Origin: Promethearchaeota archaeon
GTDB taxonomy: Archaea > Asgardarchaeota > Thorarchaeia > Thorarchaeales > Thorarchaeaceae
Reading direction: 5' to 3'
Length of the DNA stretch: 64,000 nucleotides
NCBI GenBank assembly: GCA_014728035.1
Contig: WJMJ01000123.1
Span: forward strand, 40,299 to 104,298
A program made the translations under genes and the position numbers. Below are positions 49,297 to 58,310 of this stretch, piece by piece (within the stretch, counting starts at the first letter, position 1; each line of letters begins with the position of its first letter). The notes beneath the pieces were generated by a model that made no database searches, was not told where the DNA came from, and saw nothing but the letters and a program-made list of their open reading frames with translations.

Positions 49297-50129
49297 TTTT
49301 GACCATTATTATAGAGTGACATTTTCACGCTCTCTTCAATTAATGGACGCTCTGGAGAACTCCTTGACCATTTCAGTTGAAGTGTGGGGCGTTCTGAAAC
49401 TAGTCCTTCTCTAATTCTTGAAAAGTAGTTTTCATTGAGTGTTCCAAATCTACCAAGAGCCGGATCAATAGGAATCCACCCTACGTTTTCAAGGAACACT
49501 TCTGCCCATGCATGAGGTTCAGGTTCTTGAGCCCCCCGATAATAATGTCCAACAACTCTTCTAGAAGGAATCTTGACGGCTCTAGTCAAAGCTATGAATA
49601 AATCTGCGTGCTCATCACAATCCCCCTCTTTTCTTCGTGCTGCAAGAGCTGCACCCAACCTCTCATCTAGATGAGTTTTCAGCTTCACTTGTTCTCGCAC
49701 AACTTGAAATGCAATTTTTGAGTATGTCAAGTCATTATTGCTTCGTTCTGCAATCAACTCAGACAACTCTTGAATTATGGGTTCTTCAGTTTCCCAATAC
49801 TGTTTCATGGAGCAGAATTGTCCACAAGTTCTTTTTATCTCGTTTTTTGTGGTTCTTTGTGGTTCCATTAACCAATCCCGAGTTGTAGTGTCCATTCTCA
49901 TAATTGCCGTAGGTTGAAAATTCTCTCCTGGGCTGAGTTCTGGTACTTTAATGATGGCTACCATGTTATTCTCCGCTTTTTCAACTACTCTGGCTGGTGG
50001 AAATACATCAAACATTCGCACAAATTGGTTATCCATGTCTGTAAAAAGATGCCAAATCATCTTTCCATCTCTAATCTTTGATGAACCTCTGTTTCGTATG
50101 TTTGCTTCCATTTCCACCATAAGTCTCAA
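49293..50129 (-). CDS. Transglutaminase-like domain protein
   Basis: GDCDEHA, HAWAEV, GWIPIDP (Cys-His-Asp triad). Confidence 0.88.
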   Translation of the reverse strand: MRLMVEMEANIRNRGSSKIRDGKMIWHLFTDMDNQFVRMFDVFPPARVVEKAENNMVAIIKVPELSPGENFQPTAIMRMDTTTRDWLMEPQRTTKNEIKRTCGQFCSMKQYWETEEPIIQELSELIAERSNNDLTYSKIAFQVVREQVKLKTHLDERLGAALAARRKEGDCDEHADLFIALTRAVKIPSRRVVGHYYRGAQEPEPHAWAEVFLENVGWIPIDPALGRFGTLNENYFSRIREGLVSERPTLQLKWSRSSPERPLIEESVKMSLYNNGQN

Positions 50130-50231
50130 ACGGTATTACCTCTGTCCTGTTCTAATTCAAAAACACATCCGAATAGATTTATGTGTTATCAGGACTTCTC
50201 TTTCAATATCACTTACTTTAGGTGTCGCGTA

Positions 50232-51698
50232 ATGTCTGATAAGAAAAAAGAGGCTGATGCTGATCGTTTGGATGTCAAAGATGCTGAAGGTGTAGTTGGC
50301 AAATTGTTAGCTGAACTCGGTGTTGATGATGATATGAAACAGGAATTAGTTGATTCTGGGAGATTAAGTGGTGATGTCTTTCGAGTTGAAAGTGCAGACC
50401 AAGTACGTCGAAGAATTGAGATAGAAAAAAGTGGGGATAGGTTACGCGAAACCCTGCATTTGGTTGAGAGGTCTCTTATCTCAACAGAAGAAACAGTTGA
50501 TAGTATTGAACGAGATATAATCCCCGTTGTTCTATCGTTTTTGGTAGGTCTAAAGGGGAAATTGGTTAATCTTAGAAATTCAGTTATCCAGAAGGGAAAG
50601 AAACAAGCTAAGACTGCTTTGCAAGCTAATTATGTAGATAACCAAATCCGTGAAATCATGGAAACTGAATTTGAGGTGATTGAAAGTTCTCTTACTTCTG
50701 GAATGTCTACACCCGTTCTACAAAAAGTACGAGACGTTGCTGAAGAATTAAAGCAGTCAGTCCGTTCTACTTATGATGACTTATCTAATCTAAAATCCAA
50801 TTTTGATGATTACCTGCAGAAATCCGTCACTGAGATGGAATTTCTTGCGAAAGCATTGAGTATGAAACCTCGTGTTGAAGTACCAAAAGAAATTGAAGAA
50901 GATATGAAGGCGCTTCAAAGAACTAATGAAGAACTAAAGAGAGATCTAGAATTGTCAAGACAAAAACTTGAGAATCGTGAATCTGACATCCAAAGACTTC
51001 GAGTTGATTTGTCAACCTCTAAACTCAGAATAGATTCTCTAGAAGATCAACTTGCTGATGCCAAATCCACTCCTACTGATATGGCTGATATTTCAGAATT
51101 AAGAATGAAAATCAAGAGCATTGAGGCATCTAGAGATTTACTCTCTCAAAAAGTAAACGAAGCTGAAGATCGTGCTGAAAAAGCGAAGGCCGAAGCGAGA
51201 TTAGCAAAAGCAGAACTTGACAAGCGTGATTTGACCATTGCAGAGGTAAATACTAGAATTCGTCAGTTAGAAGAAGAGATTGAGGAAAGCAAAAAATTAC
51301 AATCTCGCGTGGATGACTTAAAGTCGCAGATCAGAACATTGGAATCTGGTGATCAAGTACGTGAACTTGGTCGAACAAAAACAGAACTAGAGAGAGCCAA
51401 GGCTAATCTCGATAGAATGTCAAAAGAATATGTTGAGATGCGACACAAACTTGATCATACTCTGGCTCGAATTGATTCCTATATGGGTGTCATGCAAAAC
51501 ACAGAGAAAACCAAGGCCTTTCTGATGGTTGAAGAAACTGGTGAACTATCTATCAGAGAAGTAGCAAGATCTGTTGGAGTCAGTCCTGCGGTTGTTAGAA
51601 CATGGGCTGAAGACTTCCAAAAACTAGGAATTGCTGATTTGGTTGACGATACAACATTGGTATTAACGCTTGGGAAGAAAAAAGAAGATAGTGACTAA
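50232..51698 (+). CDS. Long coiled-coil protein with C-terminal winged helix
   Basis: Heptad-rich middle; LSIREVARSVGVSPAVVR. No Walker A motif. Confidence 0.7.
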   Translation: MSDKKKEADADRLDVKDAEGVVGKLLAELGVDDDMKQELVDSGRLSGDVFRVESADQVRRRIEIEKSGDRLRETLHLVERSLISTEETVDSIERDIIPVVLSFLVGLKGKLVNLRNSVIQKGKKQAKTALQANYVDNQIREIMETEFEVIESSLTSGMSTPVLQKVRDVAEELKQSVRSTYDDLSNLKSNFDDYLQKSVTEMEFLAKALSMKPRVEVPKEIEEDMKALQRTNEELKRDLELSRQKLENRESDIQRLRVDLSTSKLRIDSLEDQLADAKSTPTDMADISELRMKIKSIEASRDLLSQKVNEAEDRAEKAKAEARLAKAELDKRDLTIAEVNTRIRQLEEEIEESKKLQSRVDDLKSQIRTLESGDQVRELGRTKTELERAKANLDRMSKEYVEMRHKLDHTLARIDSYMGVMQNTEKTKAFLMVEETGELSIREVARSVGVSPAVVRTWAEDFQKLGIADLVDDTTLVLTLGKKKEDSD

Positions 51699-51715
51699 TC
51701 AAAAAAGGAATAGTT

Positions 51716-52165
51716 TCATCTAATCCGAGCTAAAAACTCAACTATCTCTATAAGGCCATCGATGTTTAATGCATATTCATAGAGACTTTCAATATCACTT
51801 GGTTCACCTGAATTTCGGGACAGGTACGTTCTAACCGCTGGTTGTAGAATACTCCTAACGTACTCTTGCTTGAGGCTTTTCAGTGCTGTAAGGAGGTTAT
51901 CTCCAAAAGACTCCTGTTCTAAATATCCCTGTATCTCATCAATTGAAACGATTTTCATTCCTTGAATTTGTTGCTGGAACTGTTTGTTGAAAATTGCCTG
52001 ATTTGCTAGAGAGCGATATTCATGAATTGCAAGGTCAAAATCCGTCATTGCCAACACCTTAGTTTCAGCACATTTCTCTAGAAACGGATGCCGCCTGATT
52101 GAGAGCGTTTCAAGCAGATCTCTAACTTTTTCTAGTCCTTTGGATTTTGACATTGAACCAACCAT
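51716..52165 (-). CDS. Hypothetical helical protein
   Basis: 149-aa ORF. Confidence 0.55.
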   Translation of the reverse strand: MVGSMSKSKGLEKVRDLLETLSIRRHPFLEKCAETKVLAMTDFDLAIHEYRSLANQAIFNKQFQQQIQGMKIVSIDEIQGYLEQESFGDNLLTALKSLKQEYVRSILQPAVRTYLSRNSGEPSDIESLYEYALNIDGLIEIVEFLARIR

Positions 52166-52259
52166 CTGATACTAGTGTTGTTTCCTTTTAACGATTTCAT
52201 AATTGGACCTTTCAATATACCAAAACAAGAATAAGACATGACGCTTATCTTATCATGAA

Positions 52260-53303
52260 ATGAGAGAAGCATTGCTTTATACGAAAATTAAGGATGGAGT
52301 ACGCTGTGACCTCTGTGCTAGAAGATGTGTCATTGAAGAGGGCAAGAGTGGCTTTTGCAGAGTTAGAGTTCTAGAAGACGGAAAACTATACTCAAAAGTA
52401 TATTGTAAGATTGATGGAATGGCTGCAGATCCAATAGAAAAAAAGCCACTGTTCCATTTTGCTCCTGGCTCCAAAGCTTTCTCTATTAGCACATCATCGT
52501 GTAATTTTCGATGCAAATTCTGCTTAAATTACCACTCTTCTCAAAGAGAGGAACCTGTAGGACGTGAACTAACACCAAATAAGATAGTTGAGTTGGCTAT
52601 CCAAAATAATTGTGATGGTATTAGTTATACCTATACGGAGCCAACGATATTCATGGAAGTAGCGTTTGACACAGCAAAAAAATCTCATGAAAGAGGTTTA
52701 TACAACACCTTTGTAACTAATGGATATCAGACTCCTGAAGCTATAGAACTCATTGCTCCTTATTTGGATGCTGTAACTGTTGACTTCAAAGGAAGTGGAA
52801 ACAAGGAGTTCTATGAAAACTACATGGATGTTCCTAAAGTCAAGCCTATCTTTAACGCTCTTAAGAAGTTCAAGGAAGAAGGCATATTTATTGAAATAAC
52901 TAATTTGATTCTTCCTGAAGTGGGAGACTTGGAAAATGATACTACTCATCTGTCAAATTGGATTGTAGAAAATCTTGGTTCTCGTACTCCCTTGCATATT
53001 ACTGCTTTTTCACCAATGTACAAAATGCAGCACTTACCAAGAACAGATTCAGAAACACTGCAGCGTCATATTGAAATTGCTAAAAATGCTGGGCTGACTT
53101 TTGTCTATTCCGGTAACATTCCTGGTCATGATCACGAAAATACCTATTGTTTCAATTGTGGTTTCAAAGCCATTGAAAGATACTCGGTGTATCTTAAGAA
53201 AAACAACTTGAATGAGGCTGGTCACTGTCCAAAGTGTGATGCTGATTTGAACATCTCGGGAGTCAAGTGGATGGGGCATGGGACCGGTCGAAAGCTCTTC
53301 TAA
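52260..53303 (+). CDS. amrS: AmmeMemoRadiSam system radical SAM enzyme
   Basis: C.LC.R.C, DPIEKKPLFHF, CNFRCKFC, YTYTEP, VTNGY, YSGN, CFNC/CPKC. Confidence 0.9.
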   Translation: MREALLYTKIKDGVRCDLCARRCVIEEGKSGFCRVRVLEDGKLYSKVYCKIDGMAADPIEKKPLFHFAPGSKAFSISTSSCNFRCKFCLNYHSSQREEPVGRELTPNKIVELAIQNNCDGISYTYTEPTIFMEVAFDTAKKSHERGLYNTFVTNGYQTPEAIELIAPYLDAVTVDFKGSGNKEFYENYMDVPKVKPIFNALKKFKEEGIFIEITNLILPEVGDLENDTTHLSNWIVENLGSRTPLHITAFSPMYKMQHLPRTDSETLQRHIEIAKNAGLTFVYSGNIPGHDHENTYCFNCGFKAIERYSVYLKKNNLNEAGHCPKCDADLNISGVKWMGHGTGRKLF

Positions 53304-53407
53304 GCTGCAAATTGCACAAAAATAATCAGATTAGAATAATTTGTAACGCGAATGTTCATGTAGAAGCATCGAACTAAGTTTATTTAGGCTCTTGAAGTAT
53401 CGTTAAA

Positions 53408-54265
53408 GTGATGATGCAAGCAGAATTGGACGATGAGAAGGTTAGATACATCTCTATAGTCCGCAAAGAGGGCGGCGAGCCTATCATTGGAATACCTTAT
53501 CGAGAGATGAGTGTAGACCCTGATCTTGTTGCGTCTTTTGTTCTTGCAATTATCATTTTTGAAAATCGGCAGCTCAAAACCTTTACCAAAGAAGGATATG
53601 TTGTAATTATTGAAGAAGGTGAGCAAGTAGTCAGTCTTTTAATTATTGACCGGGTTGAAGATGACTCCGCGTATAGAACTACTTTAGCAAAAATGACAGA
53701 ACGATTTGAGTCTGAATACGAATCTCTACTTGATGCTTGGAAAGGGGATATTAGACCCTTTCGAGAGTTTGCTTTGGGGATTCTTGAATCCTTTCCATAT
53801 CGTATTCTGGATGAGTCATTGGTTCCTAAACTCGTAAGCAAGTCTGATGCTGCTCCTGATCATCGTTCTGAAATTCCGTGGAGCGTTGGAAAAACCCATG
53901 AGAAAATCCATAAGATTCTGAATTTTATTAACGGGAAACGGTCCATTGAAGAAATTGTCAGTACTTCAGGAATGCCAAAAAGCGAAGTAATGGCTATTTT
54001 TTCTTTACTTGACCGATATAATTGGGTAACACTATCTCCAAAAATCACACCCTCAGTGTGTTTGCAAAAAGTCACAAAACCACCCGATTTCCTTATTGCT
54101 GTATATGGAGAACAAATCTCCAATCTTGTTGAGTTATGTGATGGTACTCGTACACTTGGAGAAGTGAGTGATATGCTTCCCTACAGCATTGAGGTAGTAA
54201 CAGTCGTATCAAAAACCCTCATTGATTATGGTGTTCTTCGATACACCCCCGAGGAGGAGCAATGA
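53408..54265 (+). CDS. Longin-domain protein with two C-terminal winged-helix repeats (NPRL2/NPRL3-like architecture), copy 1
   Basis: Longin-like N-terminus (DPDLVASFV.AI, WKGDIRPF); ILNFINGKRSIEEI and LCDGTRTLGEV repeats. Confidence 0.65.
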   Translation: MMMQAELDDEKVRYISIVRKEGGEPIIGIPYREMSVDPDLVASFVLAIIIFENRQLKTFTKEGYVVIIEEGEQVVSLLIIDRVEDDSAYRTTLAKMTERFESEYESLLDAWKGDIRPFREFALGILESFPYRILDESLVPKLVSKSDAAPDHRSEIPWSVGKTHEKIHKILNFINGKRSIEEIVSTSGMPKSEVMAIFSLLDRYNWVTLSPKITPSVCLQKVTKPPDFLIAVYGEQISNLVELCDGTRTLGEVSDMLPYSIEVVTVVSKTLIDYGVLRYTPEEEQ

Positions 54266-54373
54266 TGAGTCTACTATCAGAGTCCAACAGAACTTGGATA
54301 CTTTTTTATAGACCAACAATGCAGAACTTGGAGGAGCAGTTACGTACCATCGAATTTATGTTTAGGAGTATGT

Positions 54374-55213
54374 GTGCATTTGGCTGTTGATGTATCTAGG
54401 ATAAGGTATGTATCAATAATTAGACTTGAAGGTGGTGAATCTATCTTGAGTCTACCATATGCCACCATGACCGTGGATCCAGATTTGATTGCTGGATTTG
54501 TTACTGCGGTCATCATTTTTGCTAAAACCCCTATTCGGACGATACGAAAAGCAGCTTATGATATCCTCATAGAGGTTGGTAAACAAGTTCTTATTCTACT
54601 TGTTGTCGACCCTGTTCCTGATGAAACCCCCTATCGAAACCAACTAAAAGAAATACTCAAGAAATTTGAAACTCGTTATGAGGAATCTCTATCAGACTTT
54701 GATGGTGATATCCGGCTTTTTCGAGAGTTTTGTTTCTCTATCCTTGTCCACTTTCCTTACCACCAAATAGATCATGATTTGGTCCCACTAAAACGTAAAG
54801 GCGAACAGATTCCATATAGAGTCGGTGAAGTGGACGAAAAGATGGAGGAGTTTGAGGATTTCATAAATGGTAAGCGTTCTCTCGGTGAGATTGTTAATCG
54901 AATTGCATTGACTGATGGAGAGGTCATGGCTGTCGCTTCAGCATTAGCCAAATTCAAATGGATTCACTTTAAGAAACCACTAACCAATAAAGATGTTCTA
55001 GTAAGACTAGAATGTGACCCCATGGTTATAGAGAGATTGAAAGCACAATATGGTAAACCCGTAGATGACCTGATTAGATGTTTCGATGGCTCTCAGGAAA
55101 TTCAGGAAATAACACAAACTTTGCCTTATGATACCAGTGCAATTTGGTTTCTAATCAATCTGTTAGTTGATACTGGATGTTTAGGTTTGGCGGGATTGCA
55201 ACCACTAGGCTAG
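54374..55213 (+). CDS. Longin-domain protein with two C-terminal winged-helix repeats, copy 2
   Basis: DPDLIAGFVTAV, FDGDIRLF, FINGKRSLGEI, CFDGSQEIQEI. Colinear with copy 1. Confidence 0.65.
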   Translation: MHLAVDVSRIRYVSIIRLEGGESILSLPYATMTVDPDLIAGFVTAVIIFAKTPIRTIRKAAYDILIEVGKQVLILLVVDPVPDETPYRNQLKEILKKFETRYEESLSDFDGDIRLFREFCFSILVHFPYHQIDHDLVPLKRKGEQIPYRVGEVDEKMEEFEDFINGKRSLGEIVNRIALTDGEVMAVASALAKFKWIHFKKPLTNKDVLVRLECDPMVIERLKAQYGKPVDDLIRCFDGSQEIQEITQTLPYDTSAIWFLINLLVDTGCLGLAGLQPLG

Positions 55214-56037
55214 AGTATTTCATCCTGTCCGGGAACTCCAACAACATCACTTCTACATTGTTTGCAATGGAGAAATTGGGGGATAAAACTACTTGTTTCG
55301 TTACGTGTTTTGTCCAATTCTTCTTGTGTTGGACTTCGATACCTTGTAGCACTATCCCATGGAATTAATGGTACAATGTTTTGTAATTTCGCACCGTGTT
55401 TCCGAATCTGTCTAGACAAATCCAATATTTCATTACCGTTGATTTCAGGAATTAAAATTGTATTAACTTTGATTAGAATTCCTGCTTCACTCGCATCACT
55501 GATACCTGAAAGTTGTGATTCTAGAATATGTGAGGCCATATCAGAACCAGTAATTCTTTTTCCTTTGATTACTATCCATTCATAGATTTTTTCTATAGAC
55601 GATTCTTTTACTGATGACATTGTGACAGATACTGTTTCTACATTCAATTCTACAAGTTTCGATACACATGATGAGAGTAGTGTTCCATTTGTACTCAAGC
55701 AGATCTTAATGTTTGGTTGGAAGCCTCTTATTGTTTCAAGAGTTCTGAAAGTTTCTTTGTTTGCAAGTGGTTCCCCAGGCCCAGAAACTGCAACTATTCT
55801 CAAATTTCCTCTTCTGGATAATTCATTGATACAACGTTTTGTTGCTTCTTCTGGACTCATGAGACTTCGACTGATTCCGGGTCTAATACCTGAATGGCAA
55901 TTGCTACCTAATCTATGATCACAATAGATGCATTTCACGTTACATTTTCTTGCAACTGGTAAGTGTATTCGTTCCCATCGGTCTCTAATCGACCAACAAG
56001 GATGATGCTGAAAGGGATACCTTTCTCCTATACTCAT
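55210..56037 (-). CDS. NifB-like radical SAM protein (SAM domain only)
   Basis: HPC, RIHLPVA, CNVKCIYC, SGPGEPLAN, LSTNG, CKQCRSD. Confidence 0.8.
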   Translation of the reverse strand: MSIGERYPFQHHPCWSIRDRWERIHLPVARKCNVKCIYCDHRLGSNCHSGIRPGISRSLMSPEEATKRCINELSRRGNLRIVAVSGPGEPLANKETFRTLETIRGFQPNIKICLSTNGTLLSSCVSKLVELNVETVSVTMSSVKESSIEKIYEWIVIKGKRITGSDMASHILESQLSGISDASEAGILIKVNTILIPEINGNEILDLSRQIRKHGAKLQNIVPLIPWDSATRYRSPTQEELDKTRNETSSFIPQFLHCKQCRSDVVGVPGQDEIL

Positions 56038-56040
56038 TTT

Positions 56041-56433
56041 TCATTCATATCTCTGGATAAGTCTTGAAGCTTCTCTAGCTACTCGTTTCGCATCGTTGAA
56101 TATCAATCCCAATTTTGCATTTTCTGGAGCTGTCACACAAAGAAGATAACCTCCTGGGATTGAAAGCACTATTGTAGTACCCAGATCTCCCTCAACAATG
56201 ATATTTCGCAAATTCCCTTGTTTCAATTCTTTGACTGCCTGTTCACCAGTAGAATAAATTCCTGCAACCATAGCTGCGATGGTTGCTTCTTCCATACCTC
56301 TATGGAAATGACTTTCAAGAGGGAGGCCTTCTACTGAGAGAATTGCAGCACCAAGGATTGGTGAATTTGTTGATAAGTCTCTAAGAAGTTCTTTTAGGAG
56401 TTCGGGAACATTTATTGCTGATGGACTTTCCAA
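56041..56433 (-). CDS. Roadblock/LC7 (MglB/LAMTOR-like) protein
   Basis: GAAILSVEGLP, IAAM, ELKQG.L..IIVEG, AKLGLIF. Confidence 0.9.
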   Translation of the reverse strand: MESPSAINVPELLKELLRDLSTNSPILGAAILSVEGLPLESHFHRGMEEATIAAMVAGIYSTGEQAVKELKQGNLRNIIVEGDLGTTIVLSIPGGYLLCVTAPENAKLGLIFNDAKRVAREASRLIQRYE

Positions 56434-56526
56434 ATGAGCACCTTCAAGAAAAGTGGATTGTATATTCTCGCTAAACTAACTAGTTTGCGCAAATAAACCT
56501 TGGTAGAACAACCAAATAACTGTTAT

Positions 56527-57528
56527 TTAACCTATTAAACGAACAGATGTAACACTATCACTGTGTAAAGCATAAGTCGGGACTTTCATAACCTGAAGAA
56601 TATTCTCTGCGTGTTCATCTAATCCTACATCTTTTAGCATCTTGTAGAATTCCATCCCGTTGGTTACTGCGAGACCTCTAATTGGATGGCCTTCGAAACA
56701 TGATTTGAGTAACTCGTCAGCAGAAATTAATTTACACTTCAAACCCAAATCTCTGTGCTTTTCAAGATGTTTGATTCCTTTCCTAGAAATCCCTCTGTTT
56801 TCTTTTTGTTCTTCAGTATATGCCCTTTTCTTTCTGATTGTCTTCAATCTGGGAATTCCATTGTTTACTAACTCTTTTACCGTTATTGTGTCACCGTAAA
56901 GGTCTCTAACTGTTTTTTGAGTAGTAGTAACAAGCCATGAAGTACCATAAACAGCCTGATAGCGCATACCTTTGAGCATTTCAGACTCACTCAATAGGGC
57001 TAAGGACCTATATCCCTTGTATTCAACAGAAATTTCCCAATTCGGATTCTTATGGGTTATAACAAGGTCAGGTGTCAAACCTTCTCCTGTTTGTGGGATT
57101 CGAGTTTCCACATCACCAAAGAGATGTTCTGATAAATCGACAAAGGCTTCATGAAAGAGGTTGTGTCGAAGATTTCTGGCTTCCTGTGGATGACGTACTC
57201 CAGCATGTTGATAGAGGAGGGGCATTTCCATCTTCTGACCAGTTTTCTTTTTAACCTCGCTTTTCGTAGTTAGTCTTCCTCTTTCATGGTTAAATTGAAC
57301 AAGTCTAATAGCTGCCTCACGGCCAACTAGTTTGAATATTATCCGTCCTTTGTTAGACTTCTTTTCTTCTTGCTCCTCAATTAGCCTTTGAGCTTCATCC
57401 TGTGCCCATTCAATGACCTGTTGAGCATCTTCTCCAAGAATCATTACAATACTATCAAGTTTCCTGAATAGATTGTATCTCTTGAGGTATTTTCGCAAGG
57501 ATGAATTATATTTTAATTTCTTAGCCAA
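56527..57528 (-). CDS. Hypothetical protein with PD-(D/E)XK nuclease-like motif
   Basis: TPDLVI....W.ISVEYKGY; basic protein. Confidence 0.55.
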   Translation of the reverse strand: MAKKLKYNSSLRKYLKRYNLFRKLDSIVMILGEDAQQVIEWAQDEAQRLIEEQEEKKSNKGRIIFKLVGREAAIRLVQFNHERGRLTTKSEVKKKTGQKMEMPLLYQHAGVRHPQEARNLRHNLFHEAFVDLSEHLFGDVETRIPQTGEGLTPDLVITHKNPNWEISVEYKGYRSLALLSESEMLKGMRYQAVYGTSWLVTTTQKTVRDLYGDTITVKELVNNGIPRLKTIRKKRAYTEEQKENRGISRKGIKHLEKHRDLGLKCKLISADELLKSCFEGHPIRGLAVTNGMEFYKMLKDVGLDEHAENILQVMKVPTYALHSDSVTSVRLIG

Positions 57529-57575
57529 AGTACGACATCTCGATTAGTAATACTAGATTAAGAGAGGATGCCTTT

Positions 57576-58268
57576 CTAAAGTATATCCTTTAGGAGCTTC
57601 ACTTCTTGTGTTTCATCATCATAGCTGACCAATTCTGCATTTCTCAAGTCATGGATAGCTTTCAGAATCGCAGTTGCCATAATGCCTGTACTCTTCTCAA
57701 GGTTCTTTCTTGGAATTGCAGTTTGGGTATTGTGAAGAGTGTATAGAACTCTTGCATGGGGTTTCCCACCAAATACAGTTTCGATTAATGTGATGTATAT
57801 ACCAAGAAGATCACTAACATCTACCTTCTCTGCAAGCTTCTCTTTTTCTTGTGCTGTTTCGCGATAGAGTTCAGATACTCTTTCTAGCTTGCTTGTGATT
57901 TCATCCATCTCTTTCTTCAATTCGTCTCTTTCAGCTGTCACCTTTACTAATTCATCTTCTTTTGATGTGTCGGATTTGAGTTCATCAATTTCTCCCTTCA
58001 GCTCATCAATCTTGGCTTCCAAAGCAGCTTTTTCTGCTTCTATGGTCTTAATCTTCTTTTCAGCTTCTAATAGTTGAGCTTTTGCGTTCTTCAGATCTTC
58101 TTCAGTTTGCCAGGCTTTTTCTTCTGCTTCACGACGGGCACTTCGAATTTCATCAGCTTCACTCGCAAGCTTATCTCTTTCTTCCATAAGCTTGACAATT
58201 GCTGCTTTGAAATTCTCAAAAAGTTCCAACATATTCTCTTTATCAAGTGACACGATAACACTCCTCAT
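57576..58268 (-). CDS. Coiled-coil protein with C-terminal winged helix
   Basis: About 140-aa heptad region; KPHARVLYTL...STGI...DLRNAELV. Confidence 0.7.
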   Translation of the reverse strand: MRSVIVSLDKENMLELFENFKAAIVKLMEERDKLASEADEIRSARREAEEKAWQTEEDLKNAKAQLLEAEKKIKTIEAEKAALEAKIDELKGEIDELKSDTSKEDELVKVTAERDELKKEMDEITSKLERVSELYRETAQEKEKLAEKVDVSDLLGIYITLIETVFGGKPHARVLYTLHNTQTAIPRKNLEKSTGIMATAILKAIHDLRNAELVSYDDETQEVKLLKDIL

Positions 58269-58310
58269 ATTTTCATGTAGCTTCGCTGCTTAAATCAGTT
58301 ACTTACTACT

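Noticed and set aside
50232-51698. SMC/Rad50 call for the long coiled-coil protein
   Set aside because: No Walker A/B, signature motif, hinge or zinc hook.
55210-56037. Evidence of nitrogen fixation
   Set aside because: Only a NifB-like gene with altered motifs; no nifH/D/K in the window.
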